Source of the DNA: Spirochaetota bacterium
GTDB lineage: Bacteria; Spirochaetota; GWE2-31-10; JAFGQB01
Reading direction: 5' to 3'
Assembly (NCBI GenBank): GCA_016935915.1
Contig: JAFGQB010000009.1
Span: forward strand, 99 to 64,098
DNA: 64,000 nucleotides
This document shows positions 41,090-50,266 of this stretch, piece after piece (position 1 is the first letter of the stretch; every line of letters begins with the position of its first letter). The position numbers and the translations under genes are program-made. The notes beneath the pieces are model-generated. The model had not been told where the DNA came from. It saw only the letters and a program-made list of their open reading frames with translations, and did not search any database.

Positions 41090-41130
41090 TTAAGAAAACT
41101 TATTATAGAAATGCATTTTCTTTTTAAAAT

Positions 41131-43188
41131 CTATGCATTATTGAACTGTATCTTATAGAGCTTATAATAAAATCCTTTTTTTCTCATCAGCTCTTCATGT
41201 TTTCCTGTTTCGATTATTTTCCCGTGATGAAGAACTATTATTTTATCGGCATTCCTGATTGTCGAGAGCCTGTGGGCAATAATTATCGAAGTCTTGTTTT
41301 TAAGCATTTTCTTTAATGCATTTTGAATGAATTCCTCTGTTTCTGTATCAATATTACTTGTTGCTTCATCAAGGAGAAGTATATCGGGATTTTTGACTAC
41401 TGCCCTTGCAAATGCTAAAAGCTGTTTCTGTCCTGTTGAAATTGTTGCACCTCTTTCACTCATCTGGTGATTATATTTATTTTCCAGATTTTCGATAAAG
41501 CTGTCAGCACATACAAAATTCGATGCCTCTCTCACACTTTCATCTGTTATATCATTGTCCTTGACTTTAATATTATCGCTTAGAGAACCTGTGAATATAA
41601 ATACATCCTGCATGACAAGTCCTGTTTTTGATCTTAATTCTTTGATTGAAAGGCTTTTGATGTCATGGTTGTCAATAAGAATGCTGCCTTTCTGGAAATC
41701 ATAGTATCTTGAAAGGATATTTATAATTGATGTTTTACCGGCACCTGTTGTTCCGACAATTGCCATAGTTTCACCCGGATTAATTTCAAATGAGACATTC
41801 TTTAATACCCAGTCTTTATCATTATATGCAAACCATACATTATTGAATTTTATATGACCGTTTATTTTGTTTATCCGCAAGGGAATATCTTTTTCAATTA
41901 ACTCATTTTTTTCATCCAGAAGGTTGAATATCCTTTCAGCCGAAACCATTGCTGACTGGAATATGTTGAATTTCTCTGCAAGCTCCTGGACAGGTTCGAA
42001 AAATCTGCCTATATACTGTATAAAGATGAAAAGAGTTCCTATTGTCAAAAGGTTGTTTATCACATCAAATCCGCCGAAAACCAGCACTGAACAGGTAGCT
42101 ATAATGTATGAGAGGAACATGGTAGGTCTGAATATTCCGAACAGGATTATTTCTGTCAGATGAGCCTTGTATGATCCATTTGTGATTTTTTCATACTTTT
42201 TGAATATTTTTTTTTCTATACCGAAAAGCTGTATGATCTTCAAACCTGAAATATGCTCTGAAAGGAACGCATTGAAATCAGAAAGGATCTTCCTTAATAT
42301 TCTGTAATTTTTCAATGCAAACTTTCTGTAAACCATTATCAGAAGATAGACGAACGGCAGAACACAGAAGCTTAAAAGAGTCAGTTTAATATTTATGATG
42401 AGCATGATCACAACTATACCGATTATGAGAAAGACATTTTTAAAAAAATTAGCCAGTACTTCGGTGTACATTTCATTGACGTTTTCAGTGTCATTGGTAA
42501 CCCTTGTCACAAGTCTGCCAATTGGATTTTTATCAAAGAACCCGAATGACAGGTTAAGTATATGTTTGAATAGATCGAGTCTTATATTAAATATTATTTT
42601 CTGTCCGGTATATTGGTTAATCAGTGATTCCAGATATGTAAAAGTGAATAATAAAATTATTAAAAAAAAGAATAGAAAGGAAAAAAATATTATCCGATTG
42701 AAATCGTTTTTCCTTAAGATTTTTAGATCATTTTTTGAAAGATATATGCCTGTGATCTTTCTGCCGTTTAGATTTATTACCAGATCATTTTGTGACATGA
42801 TGCTTTTTGAAAAATCATAATCTGTCAATGTTGAAAGCTCGTTATCATTGAGATGAGTAAAGAGATAATAACAGTCATTATGATAAATAATTTGTGCTTT
42901 TGGTAAAGAAGGATCATTGACAATAGATTTATCTTTTGTCAAAAAAAGATTATTATACTTAACTGCATCTGTTTTATCTAAAGTAACAACAGCATAGGGC
43001 TTTTTATATCCGTTTATATATCTGTCTATGGATATTCCAATCAATACTGGCTGTAAGAGTTCCAGAGCAGTAATAAAAATAAGCAGAATTATCGATGAAA
43101 TGATTAAGAAAGTATAAGGTTTTGCATATTTGAGTATTTTTTTAAAGATTTTAAAATCTATTTTTTTGTTTTCAATTATTTCCTGCAT
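41131..43188 (-). CDS. ABC exporter, fused permease/ATPase (heterodimer subunit)
   Basis: GTTGAGKT, ISTGQKQ, LDEATS, IAHRLST; enlarged first external loop. Confidence 0.93.
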   Translation of the reverse strand: MQEIIENKKIDFKIFKKILKYAKPYTFLIISSIILLIFITALELLQPVLIGISIDRYINGYKKPYAVVTLDKTDAVKYNNLFLTKDKSIVNDPSLPKAQIIYHNDCYYLFTHLNDNELSTLTDYDFSKSIMSQNDLVINLNGRKITGIYLSKNDLKILRKNDFNRIIFFSFLFFFLIILLFTFTYLESLINQYTGQKIIFNIRLDLFKHILNLSFGFFDKNPIGRLVTRVTNDTENVNEMYTEVLANFFKNVFLIIGIVVIMLIINIKLTLLSFCVLPFVYLLIMVYRKFALKNYRILRKILSDFNAFLSEHISGLKIIQLFGIEKKIFKKYEKITNGSYKAHLTEIILFGIFRPTMFLSYIIATCSVLVFGGFDVINNLLTIGTLFIFIQYIGRFFEPVQELAEKFNIFQSAMVSAERIFNLLDEKNELIEKDIPLRINKINGHIKFNNVWFAYNDKDWVLKNVSFEINPGETMAIVGTTGAGKTSIINILSRYYDFQKGSILIDNHDIKSLSIKELRSKTGLVMQDVFIFTGSLSDNIKVKDNDITDESVREASNFVCADSFIENLENKYNHQMSERGATISTGQKQLLAFARAVVKNPDILLLDEATSNIDTETEEFIQNALKKMLKNKTSIIIAHRLSTIRNADKIIVLHHGKIIETGKHEELMRKKGFYYKLYKIQFNNA

Positions 43189-43208
43189 CAAACTTATTCC
43201 TTTTTAAA

Positions 43209-44948
43209 TCAGTAAGTATCCAGCTCTTTTTCGATGAGCTGTTTTTTGTATAACTTTGTATAAAAACCGTTATTTTTTAAAAGAGCCTTATGACTGCCGT
43301 ATTCCATGATCCTGCCGTTTTCAATTACCGCGATGTTGTCAACAAACTGTATTGTCGATAGGCGGTGTGCAATTATTATTGTTGTCTTGTTTTTTCTGCT
43401 TTTTTTTAAGCCTTTTATTATTGCCTCCTCGGTATTGGTATCAACTGCCGATAATGAGTCGTCAATTATTAAAATATCCGGATCCAAAATCAATGCTCTT
43501 GCAAGGGTAAGTCTCTGCTTCTGACCCCCTGAGATATTGATCCCTCTTTCACCGATTATGGTTTCATATTTATCGTTTAATTCCATTATGTTTTCATGAA
43601 TGCCGCCTGCGATACCTGCATTAATTACATCCTGTTCGATAAAATCATCACCAGCTAAAGTTATGTTGTTCTTGATGCTGTCGGAAAATAAAACCGCATC
43701 CTGGGTTACATAAGAGATCGTCTTTTTAAGTACTGTCAGAGGAATTTTATTTATATCCTGACCTCCGATATAAATTGATTTTTCAGGGGCATTGTAGAGT
43801 CTTGCTATCAAATTGGCAAGGGTTGTTTTACCGCAGCCTATTTTGCCGACAAGGGCTACTGCTTCGCCCTTTTTTATAGATAATGAAATTCCGTTGAGTA
43901 TTATTCTGTCTGTATCAGGATATTTAAAAGTTAATCTGTCTATTGTAATATAAGGATCAACCTTTGTAATACTAAAATCGGCATTTTCATCAGTTATATC
44001 AGGCTTTGTTGTAAAAAGTTCATCAATGCGTTTTTGACTTGCTATACCTTGAGAAAAAATATTTATGCACCAGCCTAAAGCTATCATGGGCCAGATCATT
44101 AGGTCAATGTACTGAATGAAAGCAACGAAGCTGCCTAAAGTAATTGATGAAGTAATGGTGAGCCAGCTTCCGTAAATAAGGGTAATAAGGAGGCTTAAGC
44201 CTACAATTAAGCCTACAATGGGAAAGAGAAGTGAATACGTTTGAATGAGCCTTAAATTTTTATCAAAGTTATCTTTATTTACCTTCTGATAATTTTTAAG
44301 TTCATTGTATTCCTGCACAAAGGCTTTTATTACACGTATCCCGCTTATTGATTCCTGAACAAAATCCGTCATTTTGGCAAAAGCTTCCTGCTTATCCTTA
44401 AACCTTTTTTGTATGACCCTGCTGAAAAGTAATGCTCCCAGGCTTATAAGCGGCAGAGGGGTCAATGCAAGGAGAGTTAAAATTAAATTTATGGTTGTTA
44501 TCGTTTTGAAGATTATAAAGCTTATCATTATGACTGCATCGAATGCCATTATCAAACCAGGACCTATGAGCATTCTCACTGCAGCAAGATCATTGGTAAA
44601 ATAAGCCATAAGATCCCCTGTTTTGTTTTTATGATAAAAACTCTGCGGCAGACTCTCAAGATGAATGAAAAGATCATTCTTAATATGATATTCAATTTTT
44701 CTTGATGTACCGAATATCATCACTCTCCAGAACAGCCTTCCGATGGTAACGATTGCTGTAATCAGGAGTATATAACCGATGTTAGCCAAAAGGTCATTAA
44801 ATAGGGCTTTGTCTTTCTTTAATATGTCTATTGACTCTCCTATTAATTGAGGTATCAATAATTGAAGATAGTCTATTGCCAGCACTATTAAAAAACCTGT
44901 TAAATAGAACAATGAATATTTTTTAATGTATTGAAATAATTTTTTCAT
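43209..44948 (-). CDS. ABC exporter, fused permease/ATPase (degenerate-site subunit)
   Basis: GKIGCGKT, ISGGQKQR, IIDDSLSAVD (Asp replacing the catalytic Glu, as in heterodimeric exporters). Confidence 0.93.
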   Translation of the reverse strand: MKKLFQYIKKYSLFYLTGFLIVLAIDYLQLLIPQLIGESIDILKKDKALFNDLLANIGYILLITAIVTIGRLFWRVMIFGTSRKIEYHIKNDLFIHLESLPQSFYHKNKTGDLMAYFTNDLAAVRMLIGPGLIMAFDAVIMISFIIFKTITTINLILTLLALTPLPLISLGALLFSRVIQKRFKDKQEAFAKMTDFVQESISGIRVIKAFVQEYNELKNYQKVNKDNFDKNLRLIQTYSLLFPIVGLIVGLSLLITLIYGSWLTITSSITLGSFVAFIQYIDLMIWPMIALGWCINIFSQGIASQKRIDELFTTKPDITDENADFSITKVDPYITIDRLTFKYPDTDRIILNGISLSIKKGEAVALVGKIGCGKTTLANLIARLYNAPEKSIYIGGQDINKIPLTVLKKTISYVTQDAVLFSDSIKNNITLAGDDFIEQDVINAGIAGGIHENIMELNDKYETIIGERGINISGGQKQRLTLARALILDPDILIIDDSLSAVDTNTEEAIIKGLKKSRKNKTTIIIAHRLSTIQFVDNIAVIENGRIMEYGSHKALLKNNGFYTKLYKKQLIEKELDTY

Positions 44949-45269
44949 AAGAATTGTTTTTTTTGGTTTAAGTCATATAATTAATTATTATTTAATAAAA
45001 GTCAATCGGAAAAACACTTTATAGAATTTTTCTCTTTACAAATAAAAATCAAATTTGCCAGTACAAAAACATAAAGTTTCTCACAAAATACAATTTATAT
45101 ATTTATTTAACACAAGGGACAGGTACTTGCCTCATTCCTAAGGTAGTCGGGATAGAAGCGTTTTGTTGTTTGGGATGGGAGAAGGATGGTTTAAAGCAAA
45201 AAGAGGGGATTTATTAAGTCTTAATTGACCTGGTTTGATGATTTTTTTTTATAAGCTTTGATTAAAAAT

Positions 45270-45321
45270 GAAATCCGGCTTCCTTTTGGTCATTCTTTTG
45301 CATAGAAAAATAAATGCAGGG
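45270..45321. repeat. Dispersed element copy F (highly degenerate)
   Basis: GAAATCCGGCTTCC...GGTCATTCTTTTGCA...A-tract aligns loosely with copies A and D. Confidence 0.4.
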
Positions 45322-45420
45322 ATTAAAACCTCATATCTCAATACTCTTTTAAAAAGAAAATTAAGAGATCCAAAGCTGGATCTGCTTTTAAAAAATTGCA
45401 TACAGGTTTAAAAGTAAATT

Positions 45421-45488
45421 GAAAACCGGCCGCTTCCGGAAAGCATTTGCGCCAAAAAAAACGGAGTACATTGGGTTTTAAAAAAATG
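45421..45488. repeat. Dispersed element copy D
   Basis: GAAAACCGGCCGCTTCCGGAAAGCATTTGCGCCA8CGGAGTA; shares GCTTCCGG and TGCGCCA(8-9)C with copy A. Confidence 0.7.
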
Positions 45489-45532
45489 TCTTGTAAATTA
45501 TTTTGATTTTTATATAATAGTTTTTAAGATAT

Positions 45533-45604
45533 GGTCTCTTCGTCTAGAGGTTAGGACAGGTGGTTCTCAGCCATCAGACAAGGGTTCGATTCCCTTAGGG
45601 ACTA
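45533..45604 (+). tRNA. tRNA-Glu (anticodon CTC)
   Basis: Acceptor GGTCTCT/AGGGACT, D-arm GTC..GAC, anticodon arm GGTGG-TTCTCAG-CCATC, T-arm AAGGG-TTCGATT-CCCTT. CCA is not encoded. TTGTAA-N16-TATAAT lies upstream. Confidence 0.93.
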
Positions 45605-45701
45605 ACTTTGTAAAATTTATTAATGTTTATAATAATAATTTTATATAATTAGTTTGTAAGTACATAGAATATGTTATATAATTTGAAGCAAGGAGCCTTA
45701 A

Positions 45702-45893
45702 ATGAGTTCAATAATAATCGATAATGGAAAGAACCTGAAAGTTCTGCTTGATGATATCAATAAGGGAATTGACCTGCTTTATGAAAAAGCGGATAATATC
45801 AGTGACCAGTTTGATAAAAATGATGTTAAGGATATACTTAATGTTTTAAATGAAATAAATAAAAAAATAAAAAAAATAAAACCGATCGGTTAA
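45702..45893 (+). CDS. Small hypothetical helical protein
   Basis: AAGGAG RBS, 63 aa, no overlap with other genes. Confidence 0.6.
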   Translation: MSSIIIDNGKNLKVLLDDINKGIDLLYEKADNISDQFDKNDVKDILNVLNEINKKIKKIKPIG

Positions 45894-46001
45894 GTCAAAA
45901 CGGATTATCATAGGGCGAATTGAATTTTAAGAAGCGTTCTCAATAATTTTTATCTTATCTTCATTCAAAATCTAATAAGATATCGGATAATTTTAAGACA
46001 A

Positions 46002-47135
46002 TCAATTGCCAGTTAAAATAAGTGTAGGTTGACGGCTGACCGGATCCCATGCTCCCAGAGAATAACCTGCCCAGCTGTAACATTCGGGTTCCCAATAAAA
46101 CAAGCCTACAGCATCAGGCGCCACAGTTTGCGTTAAGACAAGCGCTTCTGTTATTGCATTAAATCCTGGTTTTCCAGAAGTATATTCAACGCCGAATTCA
46201 GTTATTAAACATGGTTTATTAAAAGGCGATGAATTCATTGCTGATATTGTTGTCTTGACCTGATTCAAAAGAGTTGAGAAGTTTGATAGATTGGGATAAC
46301 TTGACCATTTAGGATAGAGAGATCCGAAACAGATGTCATATGAATCAGTGGAAAGCTGACTGTAATTCCATTCCCAGAGGTTGATATCATGAATATTTGC
46401 AACATGTACTCCAACTAATGCAGAAGGGAAAACGTTCTTTGCAGCATCATAACCTGCTTTGACATAAGCGGCATAATTTTCAGGATGACTTCCGTAACCT
46501 GCCGGATAGTTGCAGTTATTCCCTGAAGCCGCTGTTGTTGTCCAGAGCATGCCGCAATTGGTTTCATTTCCGATCTGAATCCATTTGATATAATCAGCGC
46601 TGGTATATCCGACACCGTCTAAAGCCGTTTTTACAGCATTCAAAACTGTTGTGACATGGCTGGTTATTGCATCTTTCATTTGTGTTACATTATAGCCTGA
46701 CCATGCAGCAGGAGGGATCTGCTGTCCTGGATCAGCCCAAGAGTCGCTGAAATGAAAATTTATCATTAGTTTCATGCCTTGAGCCGCAACCCTCAATGCT
46801 TTTGCAACAGTATCAGACTGACCATTCCAGCCGCCTGACGGATTTACCCAAACTCTGAGTCTGCATGAATTAAAGCCTAAATTTTTACAAATATAGAAAA
46901 TATCCTGTGTGTTTCCTTTGGAATTTTTCCATTTGTACCCTGAAGCCTCCATCTGCGTAACCCAGCTTAAGTCACAACCGTAGGGTATAGAATCAGGAAC
47001 AACTCTGCCTGATCCTTTACCGATAATACTGTTTTCTACAGGGCTTTCGCCGCTGTATATCGTACAACCTATTATAAGTAAGAATATCTCGATAATAATA
47101 AGTATGTAGAATTTATTTTTAGAGATGAATTTCAA
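46002..47135 (-). CDS. GH53 arabinogalactan endo-beta-1,4-galactanase, probable lipoprotein
   Basis: GCDLSW, RLRVWVNP, NFHFSDSWADPGQQ, QIGNE (acid/base), ITEFG (nucleophile), FYWEP; LIIGC lipobox-like. The TTG start is uncertain. Confidence 0.9.
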   Translation of the reverse strand: MKFISKNKFYILIIIEIFLLIIGCTIYSGESPVENSIIGKGSGRVVPDSIPYGCDLSWVTQMEASGYKWKNSKGNTQDIFYICKNLGFNSCRLRVWVNPSGGWNGQSDTVAKALRVAAQGMKLMINFHFSDSWADPGQQIPPAAWSGYNVTQMKDAITSHVTTVLNAVKTALDGVGYTSADYIKWIQIGNETNCGMLWTTTAASGNNCNYPAGYGSHPENYAAYVKAGYDAAKNVFPSALVGVHVANIHDINLWEWNYSQLSTDSYDICFGSLYPKWSSYPNLSNFSTLLNQVKTTISAMNSSPFNKPCLITEFGVEYTSGKPGFNAITEALVLTQTVAPDAVGLFYWEPECYSWAGYSLGAWDPVSRQPTLILTGN

Positions 47136-47370
47136 AATTTTTTCGGTAGTTTAAATAATTACCATAAAACTACCATACTCCTGTAAATTAAGTCTTTTTT
47201 TAAGTTTAAACCTTAAAAGTTTTAACTGTCAATTCAAATAATTGCGAAAAAGTATAGAAATTATAACAGGAACATTATTTATTAAACTTTAAATTTATTG
47301 TCTTTTAAAGCACATTCTAAGAGAAATAAAAAAATTTTATATCAAGCCTTATCATATTTAATATTTCAAA

Positions 47371-47446
47371 TGGAGGTGATGGGAGTCGAACTCACTGCCT
47401 TTTGAATGCCATTCAAACACTTGAGCCCAATTGAGTTTGCACCTCC
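47371..47446 (-). pseudogene. Degenerate tRNA-Ala(GGC)-like gene
   Basis: GGAGGTG/CACCTCC-A acceptor, TTTGA-ATGGCAT-TCAAA anticodon arm, GTTCGACTCC T-loop. Deviations are A3:U70, C8, a disturbed D-stem and an A-C mismatch in the T-stem. Confidence 0.75.
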
Positions 47447-47501
47447 GTTAAATAAATAATAAATATATTTTTTTTAAAAATATGTCCAATAATATTATTG
47501 G

Positions 47502-47669
47502 TTAAATTTTTTTATAATTTTTGACTTTTTTATTTTTAAGGCAGAGATTGCACCTTGAGTCGGAACAGAACTGGCATGCAAAGCAGTCTTTGCAGTTTTT
47601 CTTTTTGTTTTGAGTTTTTTCCGGTTGCCATACCAAGCCCTCATCCCCGGGTAATTGCACTAAAGGCAT
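47502..47669 (-). CDS. Small Cys-rich protein (CxxCxxCxxCxxxxCxxC)
   Basis: ATG 47669 with AAGGA upstream; CKDCFACQFCSDSRCNLC. Confidence 0.7.
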   Translation of the reverse strand: MPLVQLPGDEGLVWQPEKTQNKKKNCKDCFACQFCSDSRCNLCLKNKKVKNYKKI

Positions 47670-47742
47670 TTTTTTTCCTTGTGCTAAATTATAATACAAA
47701 ATTTTTTTTTCAATTAAATATTTACAAAAAACAGTAATTGTT

Positions 47743-47868
47743 TCACTGTCCTACTCATTATATCCCTTGACACATCATTAAAACTTTTTATAACAAAAAA
47801 ATAATCTCGAATTGCTTAATAGGCACTCTATAAAGGAGATTAGAATAGAAAATGATAAGGTTTTTTTC
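47743..47868 (+). pseudogene. Degenerate duplicate of trpB promoter, 5' UTR and first ~13 codons
   Basis: Aligns with 52671-52792 (e.g. TTATATCCCTTGACAC, AGGCACTCTAT, TGATAAGG). ATG has become ATA and the AAGAGG RBS has become AATAGG. Confidence 0.88.
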
Positions 47869-47981
47869 TGATAATACTGAGGATTGGACATGAAGACTTT
47901 AGTATAATAAGCAGATTGACCTTGCATAGATTAAACAGTTTTAATTGTCTTCTGCTTAGAAGAACAGATCATGACGTAAAA

Positions 47982-48021
47982 AAAGTTCGCCCGGAGTAAA
48001 GAACTCCGTTCAGCGAACTTT
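47982..48021 (-). terminator. Intrinsic terminator-like hairpin after the beta-propeller gene
   Basis: AAAGTTCGC..CGGAGT/ACTCCG..GCGAACTTT, with a U-run on the minus strand. Confidence 0.65.
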
Positions 48022-48047
48022 ATATATTATATTGATGTTAATAGTTT

Positions 48048-50165
48048 TTATCTTTTATTAAAGGTCAGAAAGTATGCTTCACTGTTTTTAATATCAGCGT
48101 CTGTCGGGCATGCGTCTGAAGGGAACATCTGATATGCTTCGATTTCTTTTTTACCTGTTGGATGTACCAGCACAATACCTTCTTTATATAGTTCTACTCT
48201 CGGGAAGAAGATGAATCTTCTGTAATCAATATAACTTGTATAAAAAGCAAAAGTATACATTTCTTCTGACGCATAATATACTCCGTGCTTTTCATAATAC
48301 CAGTCTTTAAAATCGCCGAGATCAGTATAATAGTGATAACCTATTCTTATCAGATTCAACCTTTTATTTGATTTTAGATCAACAACCGTTAAATACGTTC
48401 TGGAGGGTATTATTCCGCCCTGAATTGATGTAGCCCGTGATATTTGTGTAATCAGGGCATAATTCGCCATTGTTTTTATTTCAGCAAACATCAAAGTATT
48501 TGAAGTTTTTGAAGCAATATCTATAGAAACATCAATTGCTTTTGTGTCCGGATTAAACAGGAAAAAACCTCTTTTGCTGTCAAATATCGCAACTTTTTTC
48601 TGACTCTTCAGATAGCAGATTGCGCTTATTTTACTGCCAAGTTTTAAATCCTGTTTCAGGAAAACTTCTCCTGTTCGTATGTTGATACCGTAAATATTAT
48701 TCCTATCAGCGAAATAAGCTGCATCGCCACTTCTTGTGATATCCACCATATCCCATTCTGTTTCAAGTTTCCAGACTGTTCTTCCTGTGTCAAAGTCAAC
48801 TTCCGCAATTCCTTGGGTTTTATTGTAAAATACAAAAAACTTTCTGTCATCCTCATCATAATCAAAATATACTATATTTTTTAATGAGTCATTAGTCCAA
48901 AGATTTTTGCCTGTCTTTATCTCAATGTTCTGCAGCTTTGTTTTATCAGCAATCACCAGATGTTTTTCTTTTATCAGCCTTGTAATTACATTTTTTTCCG
49001 GACTTTTTGCTTCCCACTTTACCGTACCTGTTTCCAGATCGTATGCTGTATTGGTCATGCCTTTGTCATTCTCAACAAGGAACAGATCTTCAATCATGAT
49101 TGAGTCTGTAATTGATTTACTTTCGACTTTCCATACTTCTCTTCCTGTTTTAAGGTCAATGCAATATACATTGTCCTTATCGGTGATGAAAGCATTATTA
49201 TCCTTTTTAAAAGCAGTCAGACGTCGTGTTGTAGTAAAACTTTTGTCCCAGACTATCTCTGCTGTATTGGTGTTAATGCACAATAATGAACAGCTGTTAG
49301 TTCGATCCCACTGCAGGAACAGATAATAATAACCGCCGTATTTTTCAACAACCACATTGTTTAAACTATCAATATTTGATTTTTTTCTGTATTTAATGTT
49401 TGAAATGACTCTGCCTGTGTCAAGACTTAAGAAAGCAATTTGATAAGGATCAACCGACAAGAAATATATATCATTGTCAATCCGGTAAAAATTATAGAAA
49501 TGAATTTTTTCGCCGAAACCTTCGATTTTATTGATAAGTTTTCCCTCATCCATAGAATATATTGACAAATTTTTTCCTGTTTCCAATATTACGATTCTGT
49601 TCAAGTCAAAATACATTTTAGGTCTGTGGACATCATATAAAAGAACATAATCAATTTTATAAACCTCATCTCCGTTGGCAATTTTATATGCATAAAGAGC
49701 GCTTTTTTTATTTTTGCTGAAAGTATTCACCAGCAGTAAGTCTTTTAGCAGATAGCATTCTTTTAACGAAGATGCGTCTATTGCTTTTGAAAAAATTTCT
49801 TTATTATTTGAATCAAAAACTTTTATGCCGTTTTTCTCTTCATTTTTAACATAATATCCGTTGCTCAAGAAGTAGTATTCATCATCATCAATCGACACCT
49901 TCTGATAATCATATGCATATTCGAATTCCAGAGCTGAACTCCTGGAATTTCCTTTTCCATCAAATTTCAATTTATTTGCATAAGGCACTCCGTTTGTAAT
50001 TCCGGTGTTTAATACTTCTAAATATTCAGGATTATCCTTTTGATCAAGAAAGGAGAAGTGTTGTCCTTCAGCCGCCTTCTTTTTCCATAAAATTTTACCT
50101 TCTTCCTGTGAAAAAAGAAAAAAGGCACAAGACAATAAAATAAAAATATAGTGTTTTTTTTTCAT
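48048..50165 (-). CDS. Exported PQQ-like beta-propeller repeat protein
   Basis: Signal peptide; repeated DLKTGREVW / DLETGTVKW / KTGKNLW / DFDTGRTVW blades. Confidence 0.85.
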   Translation of the reverse strand: MKKKHYIFILLSCAFFLFSQEEGKILWKKKAAEGQHFSFLDQKDNPEYLEVLNTGITNGVPYANKLKFDGKGNSRSSALEFEYAYDYQKVSIDDDEYYFLSNGYYVKNEEKNGIKVFDSNNKEIFSKAIDASSLKECYLLKDLLLVNTFSKNKKSALYAYKIANGDEVYKIDYVLLYDVHRPKMYFDLNRIVILETGKNLSIYSMDEGKLINKIEGFGEKIHFYNFYRIDNDIYFLSVDPYQIAFLSLDTGRVISNIKYRKKSNIDSLNNVVVEKYGGYYYLFLQWDRTNSCSLLCINTNTAEIVWDKSFTTTRRLTAFKKDNNAFITDKDNVYCIDLKTGREVWKVESKSITDSIMIEDLFLVENDKGMTNTAYDLETGTVKWEAKSPEKNVITRLIKEKHLVIADKTKLQNIEIKTGKNLWTNDSLKNIVYFDYDEDDRKFFVFYNKTQGIAEVDFDTGRTVWKLETEWDMVDITRSGDAAYFADRNNIYGINIRTGEVFLKQDLKLGSKISAICYLKSQKKVAIFDSKRGFFLFNPDTKAIDVSIDIASKTSNTLMFAEIKTMANYALITQISRATSIQGGIIPSRTYLTVVDLKSNKRLNLIRIGYHYYTDLGDFKDWYYEKHGVYYASEEMYTFAFYTSYIDYRRFIFFPRVELYKEGIVLVHPTGKKEIEAYQMFPSDACPTDADIKNSEAYFLTFNKR

Positions 50166-50208
50166 ACAATAATCTCCCTTATTATCATTAATTTTTAAAC
50201 CTTAATTA

Positions 50209-50241
50209 TGCTTACTCAGGTAAAATCTGCCTGAGTAAGCA
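50209..50241. terminator. Strong hairpin between the protease and propeller genes
   Basis: TGCTTACTCAGG-N9-CCTGAGTAAGCA perfect 12-bp stem. Confidence 0.65.
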
Positions 50242-50266
50242 ATTTAATAATGTTATTGTTTTGTAA

